This document shows, one piece after another, positions 6,145-14,501 of a stretch of 27,632 nucleotides of DNA. The first letter of the stretch is position 1, and each line of letters opens with the position of its first letter. Below the pieces are notes generated by a model, which did no database searches, was not told the DNA's origin, and saw only the letters and a list, made by a program, of their open reading frames with translations. Source of the DNA: Chlamydiota bacterium (lineage in GTDB: Bacteria > Auribacterota > JACPWU01). A program made the position numbers and the translations under genes. The DNA lies in contig JACPWU010000043.1 in assembly GCA_016196885.1 (NCBI GenBank), positions 1 through 27,632 on the forward strand, given 5' to 3'.

Positions 6145-9072
6145 TCAAGAGCTTTGTTTACAAATATCTTCCACATATTGATCCAAAAAAGCCAGGCGTT
6201 TCTTAATCCACGCCCGCATTTCTAGCACGGCACCCTCATGGCTCTCACCCGCCGGCAAAGGCCATTTTCTAAAATTTTCCGCGACCCGGTCGTGAATCCG
6301 AGCCTCCACATCATCCATTCTTTTCATCAGAGATTCTTCCAAAAGAGGCCCCTCCTTGAGTTCCTTCCATCGGTCACGCAAAGCCTCTTTATAACCGGGA
6401 AGCTCTCGCATCAACCGCTCGAACAAATGATCCGACAATATCCAATCCGAAGGACCCCCAAAAGTCTTATCGTAATCCCAAGGCACAATGAAAAATTTCT
6501 GATTCACTCCCTTGTCGCGACAAATAAAAAGATTGTGCTGAGGGCCATCCACATTGTAAGCAAAATTGATCAAAATCTGAAAATCCATTACATTCTCAAT
6601 GTCCATCAGCCCTTTCACCCGATGCTGAAATTCGTCTGTAGAAGCAAAACTCAAAAAACGAATAAATTCCTCATAAGGCCCCCAGTAGGCCTCATATTTT
6701 AAATCGGGTTCTTTTTGCTGGTAAGAATCTCTGCTTTCGTACTCAAAATTGGCATGCTTGCCCTTGGCCTTGTAAATCACACTGTGCGTTGAATCTTTTG
6801 AATGATAAGGCTTCAAACCTAGAACCGAAGCATTGACCTTCTCACAAATCTCATAAATTCCCTGATATTCTCCATTTAAAAAAATCTCGAGCAAGTGATG
6901 TTGGGGCGTATGTTCCGGATGTCCCTCTTTGGAAAAACTTCTAAACAAATCATAGGCCAATTGATTTTTCATAAAGGTGTGATCCACGTAACAAGACATC
7001 AGGATAAAATCAGTGGAGGGTTTGAAATTCCGATAGGTGAAAGGCGAGCGCAATCGAAGCTTGTAAGATTTTTTGGGATAATAAAGGGCTGTGTTTCCTC
7101 TCAACTTGATTTTTCCAGGGAGAAAAGGCGATTCCTTTGGGTCTAAATTCAAAAACTTGGCCAGGCAAGGAACGTACTGCCTGGAAAGGATGGGTCGGCT
7201 GGACAGAATTTGCAAAATGTCTAATTTTGATGAGGAAGGCAACACGATAAATCTCAGAGTTTTTACACCTTTCAGTTTTTCACAGGAAAGGTGAATCCGG
7301 ATCATGACTTCTTTGGATCCTCCATTCGTAGGTCTCAAAACCTTCCCCTCATGATTGATCACAGAAGGGTCGCTCGATTCAAACTCCAAATGGACGCCAT
7401 TCACCTCATCGAAAGAAAAATCTAAATTTTTAATAACGCCCTCTGCGCCAGGGTTGTCTCCCAAAAACATCTTTTCATTCAAACATTTTTCCACCCACTC
7501 GATCCGATGGAAAGGATCGTCTGGAATCTCTTCTCCCAACGCCTCAACAAGCTTCTTGCGATCCATGCTCACCCGATATAAGATCTCACGGCTGGGAACG
7601 GGTGAGGAGTGATCGCACAGGAAAAGAGGAACGTAGGTTTTGGCAAGATCATCATAGAGATGTAAAATTTCTTTCTTAAATGCGGGAATCCCTTTTAAAA
7701 AGGAAAGGATCTCCCAAGGCTCGTGTGAATCACCGGCATAACTGAAAAGTTCTTCATCTTGAAACTCATAAAGCCCTTGAAAAACACCATTCACCCAGAC
7801 ACCGCACATCTGGATTCCCAAGGGACTGCGATGATATTTTTTTCTCAAGGCCTCCTCCAAGAGAGGGCGTAAAATTCCATTTTCCTCTGGAGGAACAAAA
7901 ATGATGTTCCGCATCGAAAAGGGAGGGCGCCTTCCCAAAAAACGAATCACAAATGTCTTCTGACCTGTAGGATACATGCGTCCCACATCCCCTGCCAATT
8001 CAATCTGAGCCTTGTATAAATGATTCTCCGCTTCTATCCGAATGGCTCTGGATTTCGAAATTTTAGAGGGGATGATGCCATGTGTCATACTCCAATCATG
8101 GGATTGATTGAGGGCCTTTAAATCTTGCTTTGACAAAAAAAGGGAGAATCGCTTAAGAGAGGTCTTGTGAATGCGGCTTTCTGGTTGAAAGGGGTTGAGC
8201 AAATCCAATCCCTTCACAGTTTCCCAGACAATATTTCTTAAGGCCCGCCACATTTTGAGTTCAAAGACAAGCTGAGGTTTAAACCGCCACGAGAGCGATC
8301 GAGTCGCCTTCGCCTCTTGAAGCACCTCTTCAGGCTGTAAGGCCCGACTTCGAATCACCACCTCATCCAGAATAAAATGAGAGGAGTGACCTTGCTCGCA
8401 GCTCCCGAAAATCATTTCATCCGGGCGTTGAAAAATCTCAGAGACAGGTCGTGACGATTTCAACACGCCATCTTCCCATAAAGAGGCCTGATGCCGTTCT
8501 AGATCCACCACGCAAGCCACATGCGTGAAGGCATGCCGATGAGATTGAAAGGGAGTACAAAGAATTTGCTCTTCCTGACCCCGCACCGGTACTCTGAAAA
8601 AAATCTTTCCCCCTTCAAACCAAACATCATGGAGAGATCCTTGCCAGTTGGAAATGAAGAGCTGCGGTTTTTTTAAATTTAAAATCTTCACCCAAAAAGA
8701 AAGGCTGTAAGATCCCTGCAGTTGTGAGAAGGTAAACCTTGTTTGAAGAAAATTGTTCAAACGTCCATAAAACCAGCGTGCCTGGCCGTATTTCCCACGG
8801 ACAGACAGGATGCCTCGATTCACCGCTTTCTCATAGCCGATAGAATCAATCACCAGAGAATCGTCAAAGGACCAGCAGGCTGCGACTCCCGATTCTTTCA
8901 AATGACGGCTGATTTTGGTTTGGGCATGGCGAATTTTTTTATCTAAAATTTTGAAGAGGGAACCGCTGGTTTGATAGAAGAGAACGATCAGAAACAAAAG
9001 AACAAAAAATTTCAGCCATCGCCGTGGCTCAACAATTCTAGATCTTAAGCGAATAGAATGAAGAATGGACAT
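6145..9072 (-). CDS. Membrane-anchored multidomain CotH-family atypical kinase (TM + LamG-like + degenerate half-CotH + Ig-like + full CotH)
   Basis: TM FFVLLFLIVLFYQ. LamG-like block at about aa 60-245 (SYSLSFWVKI...). CotH hallmarks are KIKLRGNTALYYPKKSYKLRL, LNGEYQGIYEICEKV and HNLFICRD...FFIVPWDYDKTFG. The gene starts 23 nt downstream of the DUF4956 gene. Confidence 0.8.
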   Translation of the reverse strand: MSILHSIRLRSRIVEPRRWLKFFVLLFLIVLFYQTSGSLFKILDKKIRHAQTKISRHLKESGVAACWSFDDSLVIDSIGYEKAVNRGILSVRGKYGQARWFYGRLNNFLQTRFTFSQLQGSYSLSFWVKILNLKKPQLFISNWQGSLHDVWFEGGKIFFRVPVRGQEEQILCTPFQSHRHAFTHVACVVDLERHQASLWEDGVLKSSRPVSEIFQRPDEMIFGSCEQGHSSHFILDEVVIRSRALQPEEVLQEAKATRSLSWRFKPQLVFELKMWRALRNIVWETVKGLDLLNPFQPESRIHKTSLKRFSLFLSKQDLKALNQSHDWSMTHGIIPSKISKSRAIRIEAENHLYKAQIELAGDVGRMYPTGQKTFVIRFLGRRPPFSMRNIIFVPPEENGILRPLLEEALRKKYHRSPLGIQMCGVWVNGVFQGLYEFQDEELFSYAGDSHEPWEILSFLKGIPAFKKEILHLYDDLAKTYVPLFLCDHSSPVPSREILYRVSMDRKKLVEALGEEIPDDPFHRIEWVEKCLNEKMFLGDNPGAEGVIKNLDFSFDEVNGVHLEFESSDPSVINHEGKVLRPTNGGSKEVMIRIHLSCEKLKGVKTLRFIVLPSSSKLDILQILSSRPILSRQYVPCLAKFLNLDPKESPFLPGKIKLRGNTALYYPKKSYKLRLRSPFTYRNFKPSTDFILMSCYVDHTFMKNQLAYDLFRSFSKEGHPEHTPQHHLLEIFLNGEYQGIYEICEKVNASVLGLKPYHSKDSTHSVIYKAKGKHANFEYESRDSYQQKEPDLKYEAYWGPYEEFIRFLSFASTDEFQHRVKGLMDIENVMDFQILINFAYNVDGPQHNLFICRDKGVNQKFFIVPWDYDKTFGGPSDWILSDHLFERLMRELPGYKEALRDRWKELKEGPLLEESLMKRMDDVEARIHDRVAENFRKWPLPAGESHEGAVLEMRAWIKKRLAFLDQYVEDICKQSS

Positions 9073-9095
9073 TTTACCAGCCAGAATATGCGGAC

Positions 9096-9788
9096 CTACC
9101 GAATCCCACCCGGACGGCTAAAGAAAACATGCGCGGTTTGGACTTCAAACAATTCCCTCATGTCCTTTTGAAGCTGGGCTACATCTTTCTTCAAACCGGT
9201 GAAAGAAAATTGAAGAGAGGTCTTCCCTTCCTGAGAGGAACTTGTTTCCAAAACGTTTCGAGAAGCCCCCGTTTGAAGATAAGATATAATTTTATCCAAA
9301 TAAAGGCCCGCCTCCTGATCCTTGAGGGATAAGATCAAAATCCCATCCCTGCCATGATGCTTCCAAAAACGAATTCCCCGCCTTAAGAAAAGAGTAAGAA
9401 TCGCAACCAAATATAAAATTTCAAGCAATTGGAACTGGAAAATGGCGCAGGTGATGGAAGAGGCTATGACCAACATGACAAACCCGACTTCTTCAGGCTC
9501 TTTGATGGGAGTCCGAAAACGCACAATGGACAAGGCACCCAAAAGACCCAGAGAGAGAGGGAGAGACATTTGAATTCCCAAAAAAAGCGTCGTGATGGAA
9601 AGTCCCAACAGCGGGAAGGCGCGATGGACCTGGCTCCCCGTTCCCCGATGTTCATAAAAATAGCTGTAAAGAAAACTGGCCAGGAGAGACGAGGCCAGAG
9701 ACAAAAGAAGCGCCAAAATAAAACTACCCGGATCCATTTTATGGGCCACCTGTTGACTGATGGCCAACGTCTTAAAAATCTTATTCAT
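9096..9788 (-). CDS. DUF4956-family membrane protein
   Basis: Signature GLLGALSIVRFRTPIKEPEEVGFVMLVIA, about 4 TM helices and a roughly 90-aa soluble tail. The start was moved from 9881 to the ATG at 9788, which forms an ATGA overlap with the VTC stop codon (9785-9788). Confidence 0.8.
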   Translation of the reverse strand: MNKIFKTLAISQQVAHKMDPGSFILALLLSLASSLLASFLYSYFYEHRGTGSQVHRAFPLLGLSITTLFLGIQMSLPLSLGLLGALSIVRFRTPIKEPEEVGFVMLVIASSITCAIFQFQLLEILYLVAILTLFLRRGIRFWKHHGRDGILILSLKDQEAGLYLDKIISYLQTGASRNVLETSSSQEGKTSLQFSFTGLKKDVAQLQKDMRELFEVQTAHVFFSRPGGIR

Positions 9789-10471
9789 GCAGGAACTCCT
9801 TGAAGAATTTGAGAAAGCATGGCCGCATATTTCGAATACCCTTGAGGACGGAAACCCAAGCGAACCAAATCCGTCAACCAAGGGATGTCCATTGTGTGAT
9901 GTCCCTTCAATTCAAAGACAATCAGAGGAGCCAGGGTCTTCCCCAAAGAGGGGACCACTTCCTCATTGATCCAAGAGCTTCTGATTCGCACGTCCAGACT
10001 CACCCGAGCTCCCAAAGACGGGCAGACAAAGCGATGACGATCGTATTCAATCGAAAGGATCGGAAAAAGGGGACGGGGTATTTCCTGAAATTCTGCGAGA
10101 TGAGTTTCCCCCCAATCTTTTAAAAAATCCACATCCCATCTTCTCAACCGCTCAACGGGAATGAAAAACTCTTTGCGAACTTTTTTCCCTGCCTGCCCCA
10201 TTTTAGTCTTGACCTCTAAGAAAACCTTGACCTCCCTGAGCGAGGTTTTTGAAAGATCATCATACCAACGCAAACGCACCTTCGTTTTTTGATAATCTCC
10301 ATGGACTTTCTCATCATACAAATCCAAACGGGGGGTGTCATAGTAAATGCTAAAAACCGTGCCCTGCGGATAGAGGGGATCCTTCAAACAAACATGCCGA
10401 AGCCAACCCAAGGCAAAATCTTGGGCACCGAAGGCTGCCACCCACTTTTGTTCTGACCGAAGAGGATCCAT
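9785..10471 (-). CDS. VTC-domain protein (triphosphate-tunnel / polyphosphate-polymerase-like)
   Basis: FSIYYDTPRLDLYDEKVHGDYQKTKVRLRWY and VFLEVKTKMGQAGKKVRKEF match the charged beta-strand pattern of bacterial VTC/CYTH-like tunnel domains. At 228 aa the size is typical of stand-alone bacterial VTC proteins. Confidence 0.8.
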   Translation of the reverse strand: MDPLRSEQKWVAAFGAQDFALGWLRHVCLKDPLYPQGTVFSIYYDTPRLDLYDEKVHGDYQKTKVRLRWYDDLSKTSLREVKVFLEVKTKMGQAGKKVRKEFFIPVERLRRWDVDFLKDWGETHLAEFQEIPRPLFPILSIEYDRHRFVCPSLGARVSLDVRIRSSWINEEVVPSLGKTLAPLIVFELKGHHTMDIPWLTDLVRLGFRPQGYSKYAAMLSQILQGVPA

Positions 10472-10512
10472 AACCCTTTATGAGGCGCGAAGGTATCACA
10501 CACCCCTCTGTT

Positions 10513-10571
10513 CTTCAATCAGGGAGCCCCTTCATCTTTAGATCAGGGAATCCCCTAGTTAAATCAGGTCT
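10513..10571 (-). promoter_or_regulatory. Direct repeats upstream of the VTC gene (candidate response-regulator binding sites)
   Basis: On the coding (minus) strand the copies read AGGGGATTCCCTGATCTAAAG and AGGGGCTCCCTGATTGAAG, with a partial third copy AGACCTGATTTAAC. The ATCAGG cores lie at 10518, 10542 and 10563, giving 24-nt and 21-nt spacing. The repeats sit in the 106-nt gap between the response-regulator stop and the VTC start. Confidence 0.3.
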
Positions 10572-10577
10572 AAAAGT

Positions 10578-11276
10578 TTATCTTTTCACCCCTTCCCCCT
10601 CAACCCACTGAATCGCATGACGAACCAATTCCGTCGCGTTATCCAATTTCATTTTTTCCTTAATGTTTTCTCGGTAGGTCTCCACCGTTTTCACACTCAA
10701 GTGCAATTGTTTGGCGACCTGACGTGTTGCAAAACCTTTTCCAATCATTTGAAAAACCTCCAACTCTCGATCGCTCAACCGTTCCACGGGAGAGACGCTT
10801 TTCTCAAAACGTCCCCCGATACTCTTTTCCAAAATCCGGGCCGTCATCTTTTGACTGACATAAACTTCGCCATCCACCACACAGCGAATCGCCACCAAAA
10901 CCTTGCCGATGGCTTCCTCCTTCATAATATACCCCCTGGCCCCCGCCCGAAGGACCCGCTCTGCATACAACGATTCATCGTGCATGGAAAGAACCAGTAT
11001 GGGAAGATCGGGATATCGGACTTTGATGTTTTTGATGAGATCAAGCCCGCTCATCCCTCTCAAAGAAATATCCACAATCACAACATCCGGACTCAAACGC
11101 TTGATGGCATCTAAACCCTGAGCACCCCCTTCTACATCCCCACACACCACCAAATCCTTTTCTTGATTGATCAATTGCGTCAACCCCTGTCTTACAACAG
11201 GGTGATCATCCACAACTAAAACTTTGATCTTACTAAGCTTTGTCCTCAAAACCATTTCTCCCACGTCCGTCTTCAT
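10578..11276 (-). CDS. NarL/FixJ-family response regulator (REC + LuxR-type HTH)
   Basis: REC domain motifs VLVVDDHP and VIVDISLRGMSG. HTH region LSDRELEVFQMIGKGFATRQVAKQLHLSVKTVETYR. I prefer the start at ATG 11276, which has AAGGAG with 8-nt spacing. The ORF track gives 11345. Confidence 0.85.
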   Translation of the reverse strand: MKTDVGEMVLRTKLSKIKVLVVDDHPVVRQGLTQLINQEKDLVVCGDVEGGAQGLDAIKRLSPDVVIVDISLRGMSGLDLIKNIKVRYPDLPILVLSMHDESLYAERVLRAGARGYIMKEEAIGKVLVAIRCVVDGEVYVSQKMTARILEKSIGGRFEKSVSPVERLSDRELEVFQMIGKGFATRQVAKQLHLSVKTVETYRENIKEKMKLDNATELVRHAIQWVEGEGVKR

Positions 11277-12489
11277 GCCCATCTCTCCTTTTAACATTTT
11301 CCAAGGAACACGATACCAAAGTTCCCCCCTTTGCCATTTTTCCAATCTCCAAAGAGGCGTGAATCATTTCCGCGCGATACCGCATGATCCGGATACCCAT
11401 TCCTTTGTGAGGGCTCAACCTCTTTGGAAATCCAACCCCATCATCTTTAACTTCCATCAAAAGTCTTCTCCCAATGTTCATCAACCGAATGGATATTTCA
11501 GAAGGCCGAGCATGTTTCACAGCATTGTAAACAGCCTCTTGGACAATCCGATAAAGATGGGTAGAAACCATGTTATCTTTGATGAGAATCGGACGATCAC
11601 ATTGGAAGAAACATTTCACATTGAATACTTTTTTAACATGCGAGGCCAATTCATCCAGGGCAGACATGAGCCCATGGGCCTCCAATTCCACAGGGTAAAG
11701 TCCCCGCGCCAAGCCCCGCGTTTCAATAACCGCTTGATTCACCAGCTCTACAATTTTTCTCATGTGAGACGCATGAGGGAGAGCCCTTTGAGTCAACTTT
11801 TTTTCCAGCACTTTTCCCATCAAGGCAATGCCCATCAATTGTTGAGATAATCCATCATGTAAATCCTGCCCGATCCTTCGCTGCTCCATGCCACTGATTT
11901 CCAAAATCTCTTTCTCCAACGCCCTACGCTCTTGAATCAACTGCCTCAACTGGTCGTTCGTGGCCCTCAACTCTGAGGTCCTTTCTTCCACTCTTTTTTC
12001 AAGTTGATCACGAGCCTCTAAAAGAGCCCCTTCCGTTTTTTTCAACTGGGTAATATCATTGTTGATTTCAAGAAAGGCAATGGGCTTCCCCTTTTCATCC
12101 CTCTGTAAGGTCCAACGGCTGGCCACAGTGACACGGGTCCCATCCTTTCTAAGATGCTTTAACTCTCCCTCCCAATAGCCTTTGCGAAGACAGACCTGGA
12201 TGGCCGAATCCGCAGATCTGGGAAACAGGGTCTTCAAAAATGAATGCACGTGCATTCCCATCGCCTCCTCGCGAGACCATCCGTAAAGGCGCTCCGCCCC
12301 CTGATTCCAATAAGTGATTCGATCCTTCAGATCCCGAATCATAATGGTATCATTGGCAAAGTCAATCATCTGCGCATGCCGCCGCAGGACTTCTTCTACC
12401 CGCCGACGCTCATCAAATTCCTTCCGAATCGCCTCCCGAACCTCTTGAGGAACGTTTCGAGAGTCCAAATATTTTTCTAAAGGTTCCAT
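11233..12489 (-). CDS. Cytoplasmic PAS-domain sensor histidine kinase (HisKA_3 + HATPase_c)
   Basis: PAS region (ITYWNQGAERLYGWSREEAMG), a coiled coil, H-box DLHDGLSQQL, and an ATPase N/G-box region (YNAVKHA, DDGVGF). No TM segment is present. The 3' end overlaps the response-regulator gene. Confidence 0.85.
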   Translation of the reverse strand: MEPLEKYLDSRNVPQEVREAIRKEFDERRRVEEVLRRHAQMIDFANDTIMIRDLKDRITYWNQGAERLYGWSREEAMGMHVHSFLKTLFPRSADSAIQVCLRKGYWEGELKHLRKDGTRVTVASRWTLQRDEKGKPIAFLEINNDITQLKKTEGALLEARDQLEKRVEERTSELRATNDQLRQLIQERRALEKEILEISGMEQRRIGQDLHDGLSQQLMGIALMGKVLEKKLTQRALPHASHMRKIVELVNQAVIETRGLARGLYPVELEAHGLMSALDELASHVKKVFNVKCFFQCDRPILIKDNMVSTHLYRIVQEAVYNAVKHARPSEISIRLMNIGRRLLMEVKDDGVGFPKRLSPHKGMGIRIMRYRAEMIHASLEIGKMAKGGTLVSCSLENVKRRDGHEDGRGRNGFEDKA

Positions 12490-12496
12490 AGAGACA

Positions 12497-13267
12497 TCAT
12501 TTCCTGAGAGCCTTGGCCATCAACATATATCCGCTTGTAAAAACAAGCTTATCCCATTGGCCCAAAAACCAAAGAATGGGATAAATCAAAGAATATATTT
12601 TAAACATTTTTTTATTTTTCTGGAGATCCTGCTCGCTCACCACCATCCCTTTTTGGGATTTTTCATTCTTCTTCAAAAGCCCCAAAAGAAAAGTCATCAG
12701 GGTATCAATCGCCTCTGAGAAAAATTTTGAATAGGTAAAACTCGCTACCAAGGTGAATGAATCCCCTAAAAGCCGTTCTAAACTTTCCCGGGTATAGCCG
12801 GGTCTGACATGGCCATGCCTTTCATCCGTTTGCCCAATCATCAGACGGAATTTTCGAAGCAAGGTCTCCTTCACATGAGGGACATTGATAATCAATTCCC
12901 CCCCCCGTTTCATCACACGAAAAAGTTCTTGGATGAAAGCCTGATCATCTTCAATGTGCTCTAAAAAATCCACAATCACCACGCGGTCAAACTCATGATC
13001 TAAAAAAGGGGTTTTTAATCCATTGATTTGATAAACAGGATCCCCTACCAACTCGCGAATACATTGAACGGACCTCTCGTCTAAATCCGCACTTTTCCAA
13101 GAGCCCCCCCTCTGACGCAAGAAGAAACTCACCACCCCATTGTCAGACCCAATGTCCAAACAGGAAAGACCCTGGGTTTGGCCCAAAAGACGTGTGATAT
13201 TCTTAAATTTATTTTGCTTCAGAACCGATTTTTTAAAAAGCCTGAGAGGCCAAGTTTCAGCATTCAT
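12497..13267 (-). CDS. Class I SAM-dependent methyltransferase
   Basis: Motif I CLDIGSDNG and post-I/II motifs VVIVDFLEHI and GGELIINVP. The start codon forms an ATGA overlap with the GT4 stop codon. Confidence 0.75.
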   Translation of the reverse strand: MNAETWPLRLFKKSVLKQNKFKNITRLLGQTQGLSCLDIGSDNGVVSFFLRQRGGSWKSADLDERSVQCIRELVGDPVYQINGLKTPFLDHEFDRVVIVDFLEHIEDDQAFIQELFRVMKRGGELIINVPHVKETLLRKFRLMIGQTDERHGHVRPGYTRESLERLLGDSFTLVASFTYSKFFSEAIDTLMTFLLGLLKKNEKSQKGMVVSEQDLQKNKKMFKIYSLIYPILWFLGQWDKLVFTSGYMLMAKALRK

Positions 13268-14430
13268 TTTTCACAAAGCTCTTTCTCTAATTCATCATAA
13301 AATTTCATCAATTTCTCTCGAAATTTTTCTTCGCTGTAATTTTCCTCAACTAATTTTTTGCCGGCCTTTCCCAATTCTAATCTTAAAGACTCATTTTGAA
13401 TCAGATCGAGCAAGCCCTTCGAAAAATCTTCGGGCGTCGGAGCCCCCAAAACGGCTACCCTTTCATTTAAAACTTGCGTATGGGTCGGTAAATTTGTTGC
13501 AACAATGGGCTTGGCGCTGTGCAAATAGGAATAAATCTTCATGGGTGTGTTATTTCCCTTGAGGCGTGGAGAGACCAAAATATCTGCCTGGGCCAAATAA
13601 TCGGCTAAATGCTCCACGGGTTGATGACCCAAAAAATGAACTTTCTCTCTCATCCCAAGACATCCTACCTGATTGCGGTACTTCTCCAAATCGGAAGACT
13701 CTCCACCAATCAGCACCAAGTCTACTCCCTGAACCTCCCTCAACACACGGGCAAAACTTTTCAAAAGAAGGCCGATCCCCTGATAAGGTTCAAAATTTCC
13801 TACATACATCACCACAAGTCCAGACAAGGAAAAATCCTTTCTCAAATTTGAAACACATCCCAAGGCATTCTCCTTCAAAAGAGAGACATCCTGAAGGACA
13901 CACATCTTTCTCGGCTTATATTTTTGAATCTGCGTCGCCAAGGCCTCACAAACAGGCATGACCGCATAAGCCTTTTGGACCGCCACTGCCTCCATCGCGT
14001 CCAAACCCTTCTTAAAAAAAGTCAGCCAAGAATATCGCTCCACCATCTGCTCTACCAAAGAAGAATCCATGTCATAAAGATAAGGAATCTTAAAGAGCAC
14101 CTTCAAAAGAAGAGCCATAAAAACAGATTCTTCTACCGCGTGAACCAAGTCATATCGCCTCCGCAAGGCCAGCCCCACAGCCTTCAAAAGCATCACAAAA
14201 TCGCAAATGACCTTTTTCCAGGAAAAGCCAGGGCGTAAGCCATGAATGAACGGTATTTTGGGAATGCGAAAAATGCTCACCCCCTCATAGACAAGCCTTT
14301 GCCCTTGCGCATAAGTCAAGACATCCACCGCGTCTCCCCGCTCTGACAAAACCTTCAACATCAAGTGAACAGCAATAGGCGTTCCTCGGTCTTGATAAAA
14401 AGGATGAGGGGCAAGCATGAGAACCTTCAT
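13264..14430 (-). CDS. GT-B glycosyltransferase, family 4-like
   Basis: Two-Rossmann layout: N-terminus MKVLMLAPHPFYQDRGTPIA and C-terminal donor-binding region VSPRLKGNNTPMKIYSYLHSAKPIVATN. Confidence 0.75.
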   Translation of the reverse strand: MKVLMLAPHPFYQDRGTPIAVHLMLKVLSERGDAVDVLTYAQGQRLVYEGVSIFRIPKIPFIHGLRPGFSWKKVICDFVMLLKAVGLALRRRYDLVHAVEESVFMALLLKVLFKIPYLYDMDSSLVEQMVERYSWLTFFKKGLDAMEAVAVQKAYAVMPVCEALATQIQKYKPRKMCVLQDVSLLKENALGCVSNLRKDFSLSGLVVMYVGNFEPYQGIGLLLKSFARVLREVQGVDLVLIGGESSDLEKYRNQVGCLGMREKVHFLGHQPVEHLADYLAQADILVSPRLKGNNTPMKIYSYLHSAKPIVATNLPTHTQVLNERVAVLGAPTPEDFSKGLLDLIQNESLRLELGKAGKKLVEENYSEEKFREKLMKFYDELEKELCEK

Positions 14431-14478
14431 AGAGTATTCTGTGACTCCTCCCCCCTTGTCTCAACACCTTGTAACCTT

Positions 14479-14501
14479 CCCCCCCTTAGTTTAAGGGGGG
14501 G
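14479..14501. repeat. Perfect 10-bp stem / 3-nt loop hairpin (CCCCCCCTTA gtt TAAGGGGGGG) spanning a stop codon
   Basis: Read directly from the sequence: C7 run at 14479-14485 and G7 run at 14495-14501. The stop codon of the 14491-15234 gene (14491-14493) lies at the loop/stem junction. Confidence 0.6.

Noticed and set aside
6213-6223. A third occurrence of the 11-mer CCCGCATTTCT (terminus of the palindromic element family), inside the 3' end of the CotH gene.
   Set aside because: There is no inverted partner within a few hundred bp, the surrounding sequence is not palindromic, and it encodes an ordinary helix (LEMRAWIKKRL). It could be a chance match or an eroded half-site, and there is not enough evidence to call it an element.
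9789-9881. N-terminal extensions proposed by the longest-ORF rule: DUF4956 to 9881, response regulator to 11345, epimerase to 6126, and second permease to 3051.
   Set aside because: The extensions overlap the upstream gene or lack an RBS. Internal ATGs with AGGAG-like sites or ATGA coupling (9788, 11276, 6069, 3039) give N-termini typical of the families. The exact starts remain unverified.
14285-14467. 60-aa ORF overlapping the 5' end of the GT4 gene in another frame.
   Set aside because: It is out of frame and nested over a well-supported gene start, with a Cys/Arg-rich, unstructured-looking translation.
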